Positions 13,314 to 26,939 of a stretch of DNA of 64,000 nucleotides are shown here, piece after piece. The stretch is from Scyliorhinus canicula (lineage: Eukaryota). The notes beneath the pieces were generated by a model, which saw only the letters and a list, made by a program, of their open reading frames with translations, ran no database searches and was not told the DNA's origin. A program made the translations under genes and the position numbers. How positions within the stretch are numbered: position 1 is the first letter of the stretch; every line of letters starts with the position of its first letter. The stretch spans positions 33,459,990 to 33,523,989 of the forward strand of contig NC_052158.1 in assembly GCF_902713615.1 (NCBI RefSeq), read 5' to 3'.

Positions 13314-13517
13314 GGGCAACACGGTGGCCCAGTAGGTTAGACCTGTTGCTTCATGGTGCTGAGGTTGCAGGTTCGATCCCGGCTTCCGATTGCTGTCCGT
13401 GTGGATTTTATACATTCTCTCCGTGTTTGCCCCCACAAGCCAAAGAAATGTAGAATAGGTCAATTGACGACACTAAATTACCAATGAATTGGGTGCTCTA
13501 AATTTATTTTTTAAAAA
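13314..13517 (+). mobile_element. HE1-head SINE, A-rich tail variant (diverged)
   Basis: gggcaacacggtggcccagtaggttag..ggttcgatccc..gggtgctctaaatttattttttaaaaa. Confidence 0.75.
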
Positions 13518-13878
13518 CTGTGTTTCGCCAATTTTACTTTTCTATTTGCTCTGATTCAATGCCGCTGATTAGTCCCGTGAGTTAATCTTTTTAAGTTGAA
13601 CTTTTGCTTTTGTTAGCATATTGTGTCAGAAAGCTGCCCTCTGCACAAGATAGGAACTATATCCCCTTAACTCCTTCACCTACCTCTTCTGTTCAATTCA
13701 TATCAGTGTTTGATATCATTAAGATAGTTTTTCTATTTTTTCCTATTGTTCTCCAATTTATCTACAGGTTTTTTTCCTCCAACTCGTTTGGTCGTTAGAC
13801 GACCCCTGTTATTGCCACATATCCTTTACTCTGCTGTATTGATTTCTATGTATATTCTATTACTGTCTTGCACTCTAT

Positions 13879-14185
13879 GGGCAGCACGGTAGCATAGTGG
13901 TTAGCATAATTACTTCACAGCTTCGGAATCCCAGGTTCGAATCCCGGCTTGGGTCACTGTCTGTGTGGAGGCTGCACGTTCTCCGCGTGGGTTTCCTCTG
14001 GGTGCTCCAGTTTCCTCCCACCGTTCAAGCATGTGTAGGTTAGGTGGATTGGCCATTCAAAAATTGCACTTAGTGTCCAAAATTGCCCTTAGTGTTGAGT
14101 GGGGTTTCTGGGTTATGGGGATAGGGTGTGGGCTTGGTGCAGACTCGATGGGCCGAATGGTCTCCTTCTGCACTACAAATTCTAT
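13879..14185 (+). mobile_element. HE1 (V-SINE) with CR1/HER1-type tail
   Basis: GGGCAGCACGGTAGCATAGTGGTTAGC A-box, GGTTCGAATCC B-box, central domain, tail gggccgaatgg..aattctatg. Confidence 0.9.
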
Positions 14186-14849
14186 GCCTCCTTTTCCTCC
14201 TTCCACCGTTTTCCCGAAAAAGTTCCTTCGCATTTCTCTCCCTCATCTTTCTAATTGTGTGTTACCCTTAATTCTCTGTTTAATTCTGTCATCCCTGTGA
14301 TGTCGGGTCAATTAAATCCACGATTATTTTGAGCTGTTGTGTTTTAGTATGTACAACGGATCTAGCACGTACACTGTGTGCATTGCTGTGGAGGTATTTG
14401 AATTATTTTCAATTGGATTTCGTCTCACTTCATATTTTAGTCATCGTGTTAGATTTTCTTTTCGTTAATTCTAATTGAATCCTCTTTTGATTTATTCTTT
14501 CCTTTTATCCCCTACCCCTGTTTTATTTGTATTTAGACTGCTTTTCTTTCTTGATCATCCCTCCCCTCTCAAATTCTTAACAATGAAGTTCCTTTGTCGT
14601 CTAACTAGTTAATCTTTTCCCGGTTCAGCTGAAACCCATCCTGGTCAGTAAAAGCCTTTGCCAGGAACCGAGGCCAATGACTTCCGCTTGTGACCATGGA
14701 GTGATTGGTCGCATAAAGGGCTGTTCCTGTTCGAAATCACAGAACAGGGCTCCTTTTACCCAGTTCCGGTGGCATTTTGATGAAAAGGCGTCGGTGAATG
14801 TTGGAGGAGTAGTTTTCCCCTGGAATGGTATGTATTCTGATCACCGGAC

Positions 14850-17800
14850 CGGGCAGACAACAGTGAGAGGTTTGGCTGGAACGTTGAAACAGTCTTGTGC
14901 TTCACAGACAGTCTCTTCCAGCATGCAGGCGGGGGATGTGCAAGCTGCAAGGCCCCAGATACAGGAAGTGATGAATTTTATCAAGAAGGAATTCCATAAA
15001 CAGAGGAAACAAATGCATGATGATCATACAAAGGCCATTGCAGAAGCTGTGGCACCCCTGAAGAGTATTTTGGAGCGGATGGAGAAGTGCTTGGAGGTGC
15101 AGGAGAAATGGGAGTGATCTCGGACCACAGCGATCGTGTGGTGGCTCTGGATGCGGAGGTGGGGCTCCTAGGAGACCTTTGTAAAATGGTAAGGGCAGAG
15201 GTTGAGGAGCAGGAGAATATCTGGAGATGACAGAACCTGCGAAGAGTGGGCCCGCCTGAAGGAGTGGAAGCTGTCAGAGCAACGACGTACACCTCGAGGA
15301 TTCTGGCAGAACTGGTGGCAAAAACATGTGCTAGATAAGGCACCTGAAGTGGACCGAGTGCATAGGTCTCTGAGGCAAAGGCCTAGAGCTGTGGAGCCGC
15401 CGCCGAAGGTGATAGTGAGACTCTATAAATTTGTGGAGAAAGAGAAAAGTCTACGGTCGGCCAGGGAGAAGTGTAGCTGCGGCTGAGAGGGAAATAACGT
15501 CCGGATTTATCAGGACATCGGAGCCGAGTTGGCAAAACGGCGGGAAGGTTTCAAGAAGGCCAAGGCAGTGCTGTTCCGACTGCAGATGAAGTTTGGGGTA
15601 CTGTACCCAGCGAAATGATGGGAGACGTTTGGAGGCCGGGAGTATAATTTCGAGGCTCCAGAAGCGGCCGAAGACTTCAGTAAAGAGCATAAACTGGGGG
15701 AGAACTGACTGGACAATGCTTGGGAAAGGGGGTGCTGGCACTATGTAATGGTCCGGAGCATGTTTGAAGTGGGAGCATGGATGGGGGGATTTTCGCCATT
15801 TTTGTGTGTGGGGGGGTTCTGTTCAATGTTGAGATTCTAAGAAGTTGCAGGGATGAAAAGTTTATGTGGGGATGGATGTCAAATCCACCCCCCCCCCCCC
15901 CCCGGCTTATGGGACTGTTTGTGTTTAACATCTGTTCGTTTGCTTTTGGAGGAGGCTAGCTCCTGGAGAAGTCGTTGTTTGGGTGGGGGAGGGTAAGGCC
16001 AGCAGGATGCCTTCTTCTTTGAGCTGAGGAGTGGGGGGAGAGAGGGAGCGGGAGGTCCTTAGGATGTGTCTTTGGGAAGGGTCAGCGGCGCTAGCAGGTT
16101 ATGCTGGTGAACGGAAGTAAGGTGGTGGGGGAGAAGGCCAGGAGGGAAGGTCGGGGGGGGGAGGGGAATGGGGGTGGGGGAAATAAGGGGAGGGGAAAAG
16201 CGGAGTGGGTCGGGGTTTCTGCGTCGTGGCAGGGGATGAGTGATGACATGGTCAAGGGCGAGGAAAGGGTCCATCTGGGATGGGCTAGGTGCAGAGTGGA
16301 ATTAAAGGGGCAGGAGCTAAGTGGGGAAGATGATGGACGTTAGAGGGTATTGGAGGCACAAGCCTCTGGTAAGGTTGGTCACATGGAACGTGCGGGGACT
16401 GGATGGGCTGGTTTAAATGTCACGGGTGTTCGCGCACCTCAGGAGCTTGAAAGCGGGGGTTGTCATTTTGCAGGGGACACACTTCCATGAGAAGGAGCAG
16501 GCTACATTAAGGAAAGGGTGGGTCTGGCAGGATTTTCACTCGGGTTTGATTTGAAATCGAGGAGTTTTGCGATTTTCATGAGCACACAAATGGGATTTGT
16601 GAGTTCGAAGGAGTTGAGGGATCCGGATGGAAAATATTTGATTGTGAGTGGGGTATTGGAAGGGGCACCAGTAGTCCTGGTAAATGTGTATGCCCGAAAT
16701 TCGAATGTGTGGGTTTTATGAAGGGGTTGCTGGCAGCAAATCCGGATTTGGCAACGTACCAGTTGATCATGGGACGAAATTATAACTGTGACCTGGAGCG
16801 AAGGGTAAATAGATCAAGCCCCAGGTTGAAGGGTAGGGCACGAATGGCAAGGGAGCTGGGGGAGGGGGGGGGGGTTATGGAGAGGATGGGTATGGTGGAT
16901 CGATGGCGCTTTCAGAACCCAGGGGGAAGGGAATATTCCTTCTTTTCAAACGTCTATAAGGTGTATTCGAGGATTGATTACTTTGTAGTGAGTCGGGAGA
17001 TTAAGGTTGGGATGGAGTGGGTGGAGTATGCGGCGATAGTTAGCTCGGACCATGCACCCCACTTGCTGGATATTCGGTTCAGTACGGCATGAGAGCAGAG
17101 GCCGGAGTGGAGGTTTGACTCGGGGTTGCCGGCAGATGGAGGTTTCTCTGATACGGTGTGGTTGGCAATTAGGGATTATGTGGAGTTCAATCAGAATGGA
17201 GAGGTGTCGGCGGGCATTTTTTGGGAAGCACTGAAGGCAGTGTTCCGGGGAGAAATTATCTAATTAACCGATCGTGCGAGTAAAGAAAGGAGGGTGGAAC
17301 ATGGCCGTTTAGTGAGCGAAATAGTGGAGGTGGATAGGGAATATTCCACGGTGCCCACCGTGGAGGGATTGACGAGGACAGAAAAGATGCAGGGACAATT
17401 TGACAGACTGACAACGGGGAGGTCGGAATGGTAACTGGGGTGCAATACGAGTATGGGAAGAAAGTGAGCCGCATGCTGGCACACCAGCTGAGGAGTCAGG
17501 CTGCGTCCAGGGAAATATTTAAGATCCGGACTGGTGTCAGAGCCAGGGAAGATAAATGAGGCATTTAGAGAGTATTACCAAGGACTTTATTTTTTTTAAA
17601 GAAATTTAGATTACCCAATTATTTTTTCCAATTAAGGGGCAATTTAGCGTGGCCAATCCACCTATTCTGCACATTTTTTTGGGTTGTGGGGGCGAAACCC
17701 ATGCAGACACGGGGAGAATGTGCAAACTCCACACGGACAGTGACCCAGAGCCGGGATCGAACCTGGGACCTCAGCGCCGTGAGGCGGTTGTGCTAACCAC

Positions 17801-18845
17801 TAGGCCACCGTGCTGCCCACCAAGGACTTTATGAGGCAGACCCAGGAGGAGAGGAGGGGGACATAGGGTGGTATCTGGACGAGCTGGAATTTCCCGTTGG
17901 AGGAAGCAAATAGGCAGGCACTGGACGAGCAGCGAGGCTGAGGGCGGTGCTGAATAGTATCAGGGGAATGAAGTCGGGGAAGGCACCTGGGCTGGATGAG
18001 TATCCGTCAGAGTTTTATAAGGAATTTGTAGTGGACCTGGCACCACATCTGTTGGGGGCGTTTAATGAAGCAATGGAGAATAGGGAATTGCAGGAGATGA
18101 TGAGGCAGGCAGTAATCACACTAACCCCCAAAAAAGGGAAGGATTCGTTGGAATGTGGGAGTATTGGCTAAGTTTTTGGCGTGGAGGATGGAGGATTGTG
18201 TCCCAGGGGTGGCTGGATAAGTTCAAGCAGTCTTTGTGAATTGCAGGCAGCCCGTGAGTAATGTAAGACGGCTGTTGAATGTGGTGATGAATCCGTCGAG
18301 ATCTCTGATACCGGATGTGGTGGTGTCCACGGATGTGGAGAAATCATTTGATCGGGTGGAGTGGTGGTACTTGTTCGAAGTTTTGGGAAGGTTTGGGTTT
18401 GGGAAGATGTTTGTGTCATGGGTGCGGTTGCTGTATGTGACGCCAAGTGCGAGGATAAGGACGAATGCTATGAGCTCACGAAGCTTTGACTTACACAGGG
18501 GTACGAGGCAGGGGTGCCCGCTGTCGCCGCTGCTGTTTGCACTGGCCATAGGGCCATTGGCGATGGCTCTCATGGGGTCGGTAGAGTGGCAGGGAATAAT
18601 GAAGGGACAGAGGGAGCATCGGGTGTCGCTCTATGCAGATGACCTCTTGCTGTATGTTTCGGATCCGTTGGAGAGTATGGGAAGGATTATGGGCCTGTTG
18701 GGGAGGTTTGGAGTGTTCTCGGGATACAAGCTAAATGTAGGGAAAAGCGAGGTATTCCCAGTGAATGAGCTGGCACAGCGGGCTAATTTAGGGGGGGTGC
18801 CATTCACGGTAGCGAGGGATAGGTTTAGGTACTTGGGGATTCAAC
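14850..18845 (+). mobile_element. L1-clade LINE remnant with ORF1, endonuclease and RT; 3'-truncated and frameshifted
   Basis: ORF1-like APEVDRVHRSL..IVRL..RIYQDIGAELAK (~15000-15700); APE TWNVRGL..VLVNVYA..YSRIDYF..SDHAP (16380-17090); RT KAPGLD..DVEKSFDRVEW..GTRQGCPLSPLLF..LYADDLLL..FRYLGI. Confidence 0.95.
17591..17818 (-). mobile_element. HE1-head SINE with A-rich tail, inserted in L1 ORF2
   Basis: 14-bp TSD ACCAAGGACTTTAT at 17577-17590 and 17819-17832. Confidence 0.92.
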
Positions 18846-18889
18846 TCCATGATACACTTTGGGGTTCTATAAACCCTGGCCCATAACAA

Positions 18890-20300
18890 TCTGCTGTGGA
18901 AGGGGTCCCAACACCCCCATTCAGCCGACCGCCAAACCAAAGAAAAGTTCTGACAATGCTGATGCATAGAATACAGACCCTCACTTCAACAAATTGAAAA
19001 GGAATAAATCGGCCATACTCAGTAATGCACAACGATTCATTTCTCTCCACTCCAATAGTCTTAAAAACAACTTCCACAAAAACGAATCAGAGGTACCCGT
19101 GTCTTCTCCAGAATCTACACTGGCCAGTGAAGGAGACAAGCACGTATTCTGAAAATTAAGAGCAAGAACAAAAGAACAGCAAAATTTAAACTCGCTACAA
19201 TAATTTATTGCTGGGATCTATATTCAATCCTATTGGAGACATAACTAATCCTACCACACCTGCCATTCACCCATCACCCCGCTGGGGACTAGTCATCGTT
19301 CCTAGAAACGAGATAAGGGGACCTAAAAAGCAGTCCCTTCTTATGGATATGAGGATTATAGCACATGAGAACGAGAAGACTGCACACTCATATGTCACTT
19401 TACTCATCAAATATTGTATTTGCGAAAAAAACAGGGTTGCAAACGACTCTCGCTGTCAAGCTCAAACATTGTGCATCCTTGTCCGGATGTTCGGCAGCGA
19501 CATAAAATCAACAGCATGGTCACAATGAAATAAAGTCCAGTTTGATTGATGAACTGCAGGATAATAACACATCATTATTTATTGGAAAGGAAAAGGCCAT
19601 GATAAAATCATTTAATAACGCTTCACATCTCTCAAAAGTTCAATTGAAAAAACATTCGAACGCCATTGTGCCAACCGAGGCTCCTGCCGCGGTTTTGCGG
19701 AGGGAGGGTGGCAGGGATGGGGGTGGAGGTGTTAGGAGGTAGGTAATGATTCAACCTGTTCAGCCACCTCCAACCCCTCATGGCGAGCATTGCGACCAGG
19801 ACAATGAAAGATCAGGACCTCTACTCGTCGTCACCAAGGTCGCTAAAAAGAAATACAATATATTCCATCGAATTTATCTCAAATATATTTCACAGCTCAT
19901 TAAAGTATTCATCCAAGTAAGCCGCAAAGCTGCACCCCAGAGCAGAGAACATCATCCAGCCGATGAGCGCCAATGGTGGAAATCATCCCGATGTGCACAA
20001 CACCACCGAGGCATGAGCACACACGGCAGAAAAACTATCACTCCAAGTTGCCTCCCCCACCCTCCAGCCATCCTGAATGACCCAATCAAACAAGGCTTCT
20101 CTCTGATTCATTAAGTTGTTCACCTCGAAACTCCGCTTAGGATCATCCAGGAAATAGCACAGGATATATATCCTCCACAAAATATAATTATGGAAGATTC
20201 ATCTGGATAATGTAAAGAATTAAAGTCTCGTGGAGCCAGAGCTCGTGAACATACAGTCGTTCCCGCCTTTACAACACGTGACCCCAAACTCCAACGAAGC
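18890..20300 (+). mobile_element. Possible highly decayed Penelope-like element
   Basis: Weak resemblance only: EKNRVANDSR to Q..GVAMG.R, and DNERSGPLLVVT to .RVPLVVT. Confidence 0.3.
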
Positions 20301-20669
20301 GTGTCCTCAATAATCTACCGCGTTCGGATCTATCTCTCTAGTATAATATTTATTTGTATTTATTCGTGCAATTTAAATGTGATTGGTTGGTTCAAAAATG
20401 GAGATTTCGCCAGATAGCTCCTTTTCTTTAGTTGGCGGTGACATAATGGGCCAAATGACTGCTATCTGCGCCACATATTTTTTCTGTTATGCTTCTAAGC
20501 ATGCAAATCCTACATTTCACTCCTTTGCTGAACAAAGAAAGTTAGAACAGGTGTCGACAATTCGGCCCTTCAAGTCTGTTCCGCCATACATTGTGATCAT
20601 GACTGATCATCCAAATCAGTAACCTGCTCACACATTCCCCACATATTCTTTGCTCCCTTTAGCCCCAAA

Positions 20670-20860
20670 TGCGTTACCTAACCCCGGAGGCCAACGGCGC
20701 GCTTTCACTTCTACTGCCGGCTGAGGTTATTCAAAAACGCCCGCTTTATCAACCATGCCCCTCGCCTGAGGCGTGTGATCCTCAGTTTAAACGACCACCA
20801 GCCAGTTCTCATCCTCAAAGGTCAAAGCTACTTATGGCCATCTGGGTCTATGGCGAGCCT
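20670..20860 (+). mobile_element. Diverged short interspersed repeat (SINE-like)
   Basis: gcccctcgcctgagg.gtg..tgatcctcag.ttaaa..accaccag.cag core, recognised from memory as a common shark repeat. Confidence 0.5.
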
Positions 20861-21844
20861 GTGGGTTATCTAATTTCGTAGATTGTTTGACCTATTTTGG
20901 AAACATATACGTGGTTCAGAAAACAAGCGTGAGCCTCAGCTTTCCACGGTCCGATTTTTTATTTCTCCACTTTACTCTCATGTTGAACTCTCTATCCGTG
21001 ACCCACCATATTCATGGCAAGGAGCACAACGTAAGCTGGTGTGGCTAATACCTCATATTTTGATTGGAAGATTTTCAGCATCTGGAATCAGCACTGAATT
21101 CAATTCCTAATCAATATCGCTGCCATATTTGGTCTCCTGCACTTTGGGATAAATTGCCCTTAGTGTCCAAAATTGCCTTAGGGGATAGGGTGGGGGTGTT
21201 AACCTTGGGTAGGGTGCTCTTTCCAGGAGCCGGTGCAGACTCGATGGGCCGAATGTACATAGAACTGTAAATTCTATGAAAAAGTCTCGTAGTTATATTG
21301 TTCTTTTATTTTGCTTTTGGACGGTAATTGTTCATGGCTTAGTAGTTGCCCTCCTCCCCGCAGACACGTTTTTTTCCTGTTTCGTGACTACATTTTCTGG
21401 CCTTAAAATTCTCTATCTTTTTGTTATTTAACATCGCCTGCCCTCCATCCCATTACGCCGCTTCCGTTTTATTCGTGCTCGAAGCCTACTGTATCTCTAA
21501 CATTACCGACTTGTTATGAACGGTCACCAGCCTGGCCCGTTCACTGCCAATTATCACGCTCTCCAGCGAGGCGGAGAACAAGAGTGTGAGGGATTCTGTA
21601 ACTCAGTGCTGGGCACCCAAATGCAAACCAACACCTAACAGGTCAGATGGCTGACGAAAAACGGACCACGGTTGGTCGTTTTCGGATGCTTATCCCAAGA
21701 ATATGACCTATGTTAGTGAAACCTATGCGAACATTTCGCACATGGTCAAGTGTATGCTGTGACCATAAATGTGTCAATATAAAAAGGGTTAACTGAACTT
21801 GTTTGTTCAGCGACAAAAAATAATATCTGTCTCCAGTGGGTGCA

Positions 21845-21875
21845 ATCACTGGAGATTTTCCCTGTTCTATAAATA
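21845..21875 (+). promoter_or_regulatory. Putative core promoter of GPR139-like copy B with TATA box
   Basis: TATAAATA at 21868-21875, about 80 bp before ATG 21951, inside a block conserved upstream of all three exon-1 copies. Confidence 0.5.
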
Positions 21876-21950
21876 AGGGACTCACCAATGCGTCTAGTCT
21901 CACCCTGAACATCATTTCTGGCTTTCAGAGGGACCGCAGGCTTCGGAGAA

Positions 21951-22032
21951 ATGGATCACTGGAAAATATATGATTTTGTCATTGATTTAGAAAGGATTTA
22001 CTCTCCTTTAGCTTCGGTTATTGCTGTTCCTG
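21951..22032 (+). CDS. GPR139/GPR142-like GPCR, coding exon 1 (copy B); no cognate exon 2 found
   Basis: MDHWKIYDFVIDLERIYSPLASVIAVP then G|GTGAGT phase-1 donor; 82 nt, the same length as copy C. Confidence 0.7.
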
Positions 22033-22739
22033 GTGAGTGCCTATATCCCGTTATTAATGCAGTGAAATATATTGAAAGGCAAAATCCTAAATCAGTAAGT
22101 CCTGCTATTACTTTTATTCATAGAAAGCATTAATTCTTGTGGCGAATTCATTTCAATTTGATTGGAACACGGTAGCCCACCGATTCGTATCTCAACGAAT
22201 GACGTACTCCCACTTTCACCATTTCTACCAGCAGATGTGTTCTTCTTACGATTCAAAGTGGCCTCGAGTTTCAAACCTAGATAGACATCAAAAGTTTGAT
22301 TCTCGATACAGGCAAGGATGCCGACTATTAGAAATACTGGTGGTAAACTTAGATGGCAGATAGAATATTAAGCATTTTAATGTCTCGCAATTCACGTTGT
22401 CCTCACGTTCTGCCATCTCTGACTTCCCACCATTTTGTAGATGGTTTGCGATCAGAAAAAAGTGTTTTTTCCTCCAAAATATACGTTTATTTTCCTTTGT
22501 CATTGACATTTAGTGTAATCCATCCCAATCATCCGTTAGAAACCGACTAATTCCATGCTGCCTATGATAGGTGGGCGGATCTCGCACTCAGTCCAAGAGG
22601 TAACTTTCTGCCAGCTACCTCTATCTTTTCGATGAATGTTTCTTGTCATCTTCACTGTTCGCTGCAACGTTCAGTTCCTTTCACTGCAATAGGAACGAGA
22701 CTGTCTGACCTGCAGCATTGTTCCCCTGATGTTTTGTGA

Positions 22740-23500
22740 ATTGTATTCCCTCACAGGTTTCTTCATCCCAGGCCCTGTATATCCGCCTTTCCCAGTCTCT
22801 CATAAGTAAATTGTACTCTGCCACTTTGTTTTTCCTACCGACGTGGATAACTTCACATATATCTATGTTCTCTTGCACATTCTATGTATTCATCCACTTA
22901 TTCACTTTTCTAAATTGTCTTGACAATATCCTTACCACCCACATTTCCACCAGGTTACATGTCATCACCAAACCTGTACTTGGGGTCCCTCATCCAAATC
23001 ATTGATGTAGCCTGTCAATATATTGATCCTTGCGGGATCCGACAGGTCATGACCTGCAATTACCAAGAAAAAACATATGTTCCGACTATTATTTTCCAGC
23101 CTGCTGACCAGATCTCAATGTCAATATCTGAAAACAAACCCATGTGCTTTAATTTACAAACAGACCTCTTACAGACTGTCTGAAAATCAAAATACAACTC
23201 ATCCACCACTTTAAGGCGTTTTTGTTTATTCTGCTAGTTACGTCCTCAGAAACCTTCAGTTGATTTGTCATTTTCTCTTTCATGAATCAATTTATAATGT
23301 CTAATCCCGTTGATATTTTCGAAGTGTCCTATTACAATATCGTTTGTAATATATTATTGACATTCCTTACTGTAATTGGTAGAATACGGGCTCTGTAATT
23401 CCATGTTTTCTCCTTACAATTTTTAAAAACAACGGATTTACATGTTGCCTCATCTAATATATTCGGAGCGGTCCAGAATCAGCAAAGGTTTGGAAGATCG
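22740..23500 (-). mobile_element. Old CR1 RT fragment
   Basis: CEVIHVGRKNKVAEY (ORF 22681-22878) plus RT-like blocks. Confidence 0.6.
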
Positions 23501-26030
23501 GAACCAATCCAACCATTAGTAGCGTGGACAGCTCCTTTTATGCCTTGGAAAAGTGCTTTGAAAAAATAAAGTGGGTAGAGAAAAGACCGAAAGTGTTCCC
23601 CTTCGTGTTAAATGGAGGAAAGACATGTCTGGGAATCCTGGATGTGTATGAATGCTTAGGGCAGGTAAGAAAGAAAATAATGTTTTTAGCAGGTACAAAA
23701 GGAGCAAAGCAGATGACGGCTGAGTAGAAAATATAAAGTGCAGTGGCGTATTTCAGAAAGCAATTGGACGAGCAGAGAGGGGTCATGAAAAAGCAGTTGC
23801 GAGTAAGATTAGGTAGAATGCCAATATATTCAGGAAGTAAATTAAACGGATTAGGATAAACACAGAGGGTGTCCCTATTAGGGATCAGGTGGAAACCTGT
23901 GCAGAGAGCCTTTACAGGGTGTTAAACGAGTACGTAACATCTGGCTGTACTTGGAGTCGAAGCAAAGAGTTACACAATTTTTTGCGAGGGACTGTGACGT
24001 TCTGGAACAGATTTACATTGGGTAGGGAGGCGAGGGGAGTGTGAGGTCATATTCGACATATTGATGGTCCTAAAAATGGACACATCGCACGTCCAGATCT
24101 ATGTTATTCCAGGATGATGTGGGAGTGAAGGGAGGAAATCGTAGGAACTCTGATCGAAATTTATAATTCATCTTTGGCCAGAAGATTGCAGGACAGCTAA
24201 AGTGGTGACAACTTTCAAGAAGATTATTGAAGATAAACCTGGGATTTACAGATCGGTGAGTCTAACCAGTAATTTGGAAACTATTGGCAAAAGCTCTGAA
24301 GGAGGAAATTAATCTCCACTTGGAACGACAAAGTTTGTTCAGGGATAGACATTACGGCTTTCTCAGAGGAAAGTAATGAAAACAAATTGAATGATCTACC
24401 CATCTGACCAACTCGTCTATATCTTCCCGCAGGCCAACAAATTGACAAGTTTATATGGACTTCACTAAGGCCTTTGACGAGGTCCGTCATGGCAGACTGG
24501 TACAAAAGGTGAAGTCACACTGGATCAGGGGTGAGCTGGCAAGACGGATACAGAACTGGCTCGTTCATAGAAGGCACAGAGTAGCAATGGAAGGGTGCTT
24601 TTCTGATTGGAGGGCTGTGAGTAGTGGTGTTTCGCAGGGATCAGTGCTGGGACCTTTGCTGTTCGTAGTATATATAAATGATTTGGTGGAAAATGTAACT
24701 CGTCTCATTAGTAAGTGCAGACGACAAAACGTTTGGTAGAATTGTGGATAACAATGAGGTATGTCAGAGGATACAACAGGATTTAGATCGTTTGGAGACT
24801 TGGGCGGAGATATGGCAGGTGAAGTTTAATCTGGACAAACGTGAGGTAATGCATTTTGGAAGGTCTAATGCAGGTAGGGAAAATACAGTGAATGACAAAA
24901 CTCTGAAGAGTATTGGCAGTCAGAGAGATCTAGATGTACGATCCAAAGGTCAATGAAAGGAACAACACAGGTGGAGAAGATAGTCAAGAAGGCATACGAC
25001 ATGCTTGCCTTCATTGGCCGGGGCATTGAGTATAAGAATTGGCAAGTCATGTTGCAGCTATATTACCTTAGTTAGGCCACACTTGGAGTATAGTGTTCAA
25101 TTCTGGTCGTCACTCCACCAGAAGGATGTGGAGGCTTTATTGAGAGTGCAGAAGAGATGTACCAGGATGTTAAAGTGCGATGCGCAAGGATTAGAGGAGA
25201 TGTACGAGGCACGTTGTTTTACACAGTGACAGTGCGTGCCTGGAACTCGCTGCCGGAGGAGGTGGTGGAAGCAGGGACTATAGTGGCATTTAAGGGGCAC
25301 CTTGACAAATACATGAACAGGATGGGAATAGAGGGATACGGACCCAGGAAGTGGAGACGATTTTAGTTTAGACGGGCAGCATGGTCGGCTTACGCTTGGA
25401 GGGCCGAAGAGCCTGTGACTGTACAGTAATTTTATTTGTTCTTTGTTCTTTGAAATGTTTAAGGACGTGATCAGGTGTGCAGATGAGGGTAATGCAGTTG
25501 ATATTGTATAGATTTTAGCAAAGTCTTCGAAAAGGTTCAATGTGGGAGACTGAAAGGGACGTATAGCCACAAGGGATCTAGTTACTTGCCAAGATACATC
25601 TAAAAATAACTTAGTTGTAAGGGACGTAGTCGTTGGAGAAGGCTGCTTGTGTGACTGAAGATCGGTGTGCAGTAGACTATCACATGGATTAATGCTCTGG
25701 CCCTTATTGTTCGTGATACATAAAAAAATATATAGACTACAATGCGGGTGGGGGAAGGGGCGGGGCTTGGGGGCCGGGGGCGGGATGGATGATAAGTAAG
25801 ATTATGGATGACACGAAGATTGATAGGTTAGATAATAGTGAGGAAGAAGATCTTAGGCTGCAGGAAGATATAGACGGGTTGGTCAGATGGGCAGGTGAGT
25901 GACAAATATAATTTAACCTGAAAAGCGCTAGGTATTTCACTTTGGCAGATGTAACAAAACAATGGAGTACTAAATCAGTGGCAGGACACTGCGAAGCTCA
26001 AAAGAATAGAGGGATCATGAGGCGCTTGTC
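23500..26030 (+). mobile_element. Stacked CR1 fragments: old ORF2, a younger RT plus 3' tail (24450-25450, internally deleted near 25170), then another old RT piece
   Basis: MDFTKAFDEVRH..SGVSQGSVLGPLLF..YIND; LVRPHLEYSVQFWS; tail ttgttctttgttctttg at ~25437-25452. Confidence 0.9.
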
Positions 26031-26039
26031 CAGTCGCTA

Positions 26040-26920
26040 TTTCCTTCCTTGCAACATAATGTCAGATCTGGGGTGTTCACTAATGATTGCTCAATGTTCT
26101 ACGTCATTCTCGACTCCAGGCATGTGTAAATGTAACAAGCCCTAGACAATAAACAAATTGGTCTGACAAGTGGCAAATAAAATTTGAGACACGCAAGTAC
26201 GAGTAATGGCGATGTCCAATATTAGAGCGTGAAATGATAGCCTCTGTCATTCAATGGCATTCTTATTACTGTATCCCCCACTATCAACATCCTTGTGTTA
26301 TCATTGTGCAGACGTTGAACTGGACATGCCATATAAGTACTATGGCTGCACGATGTGTTCAGAGACCAGTACGCTTGCGGCAGTTAACCGTCCTCCCGAC
26401 TTCCCAAAGCCTACAAGGCACGAGTCGGGAGTGTAATGGAATACTTTCCACTTCCGTGGATGAGTACAGCTCCAACAACACTCAAATTGAAGGCAGAATC
26501 CAGGACGAAGCAGCCGCTTTGTTGGACCCTCTTCCACAGGCATTCACTCCCTCAACCATGGATGCAAAATGGCAAGAGTGTGTACCGTCTACAACATGCA
26601 CTCATGGACTCACTAAAGCTACTGCGAAAGAAGCTCCAAAACTAGGGCAACGACCATAGAGAACGAGAAAGAAAGCAGTTATTTGGGTGCACCACCAACT
26701 GGACATTCCCCTCCAAGTCACATACCGCCCTGACTTGCAAATATATTGTCCGCTGGATCAAAATCCTGGAAAACCCTCCCTAACAACACAGAGGGCGTAC
26801 TAACACAACATGTACTGCACCGGTTCACGAATGCGCTATCTTCTCAGGTAAAAAAGGGATGGGCAGCTAATGCTGGCCAAACCAATGCTGGCTGTGACAG
26901 CGAAGCTCACATCCCACGAA
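26040..26920 (+). mobile_element. Old non-LTR (CR1/L2 group) 3' remnant
   Basis: MEYFPLPWMSTAPTTLKL..IQDEAA; related to 3530-4770 and 57300-58390. Confidence 0.6.
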
Positions 26921-26939
26921 ACTTAATTTAAAAAAAAAT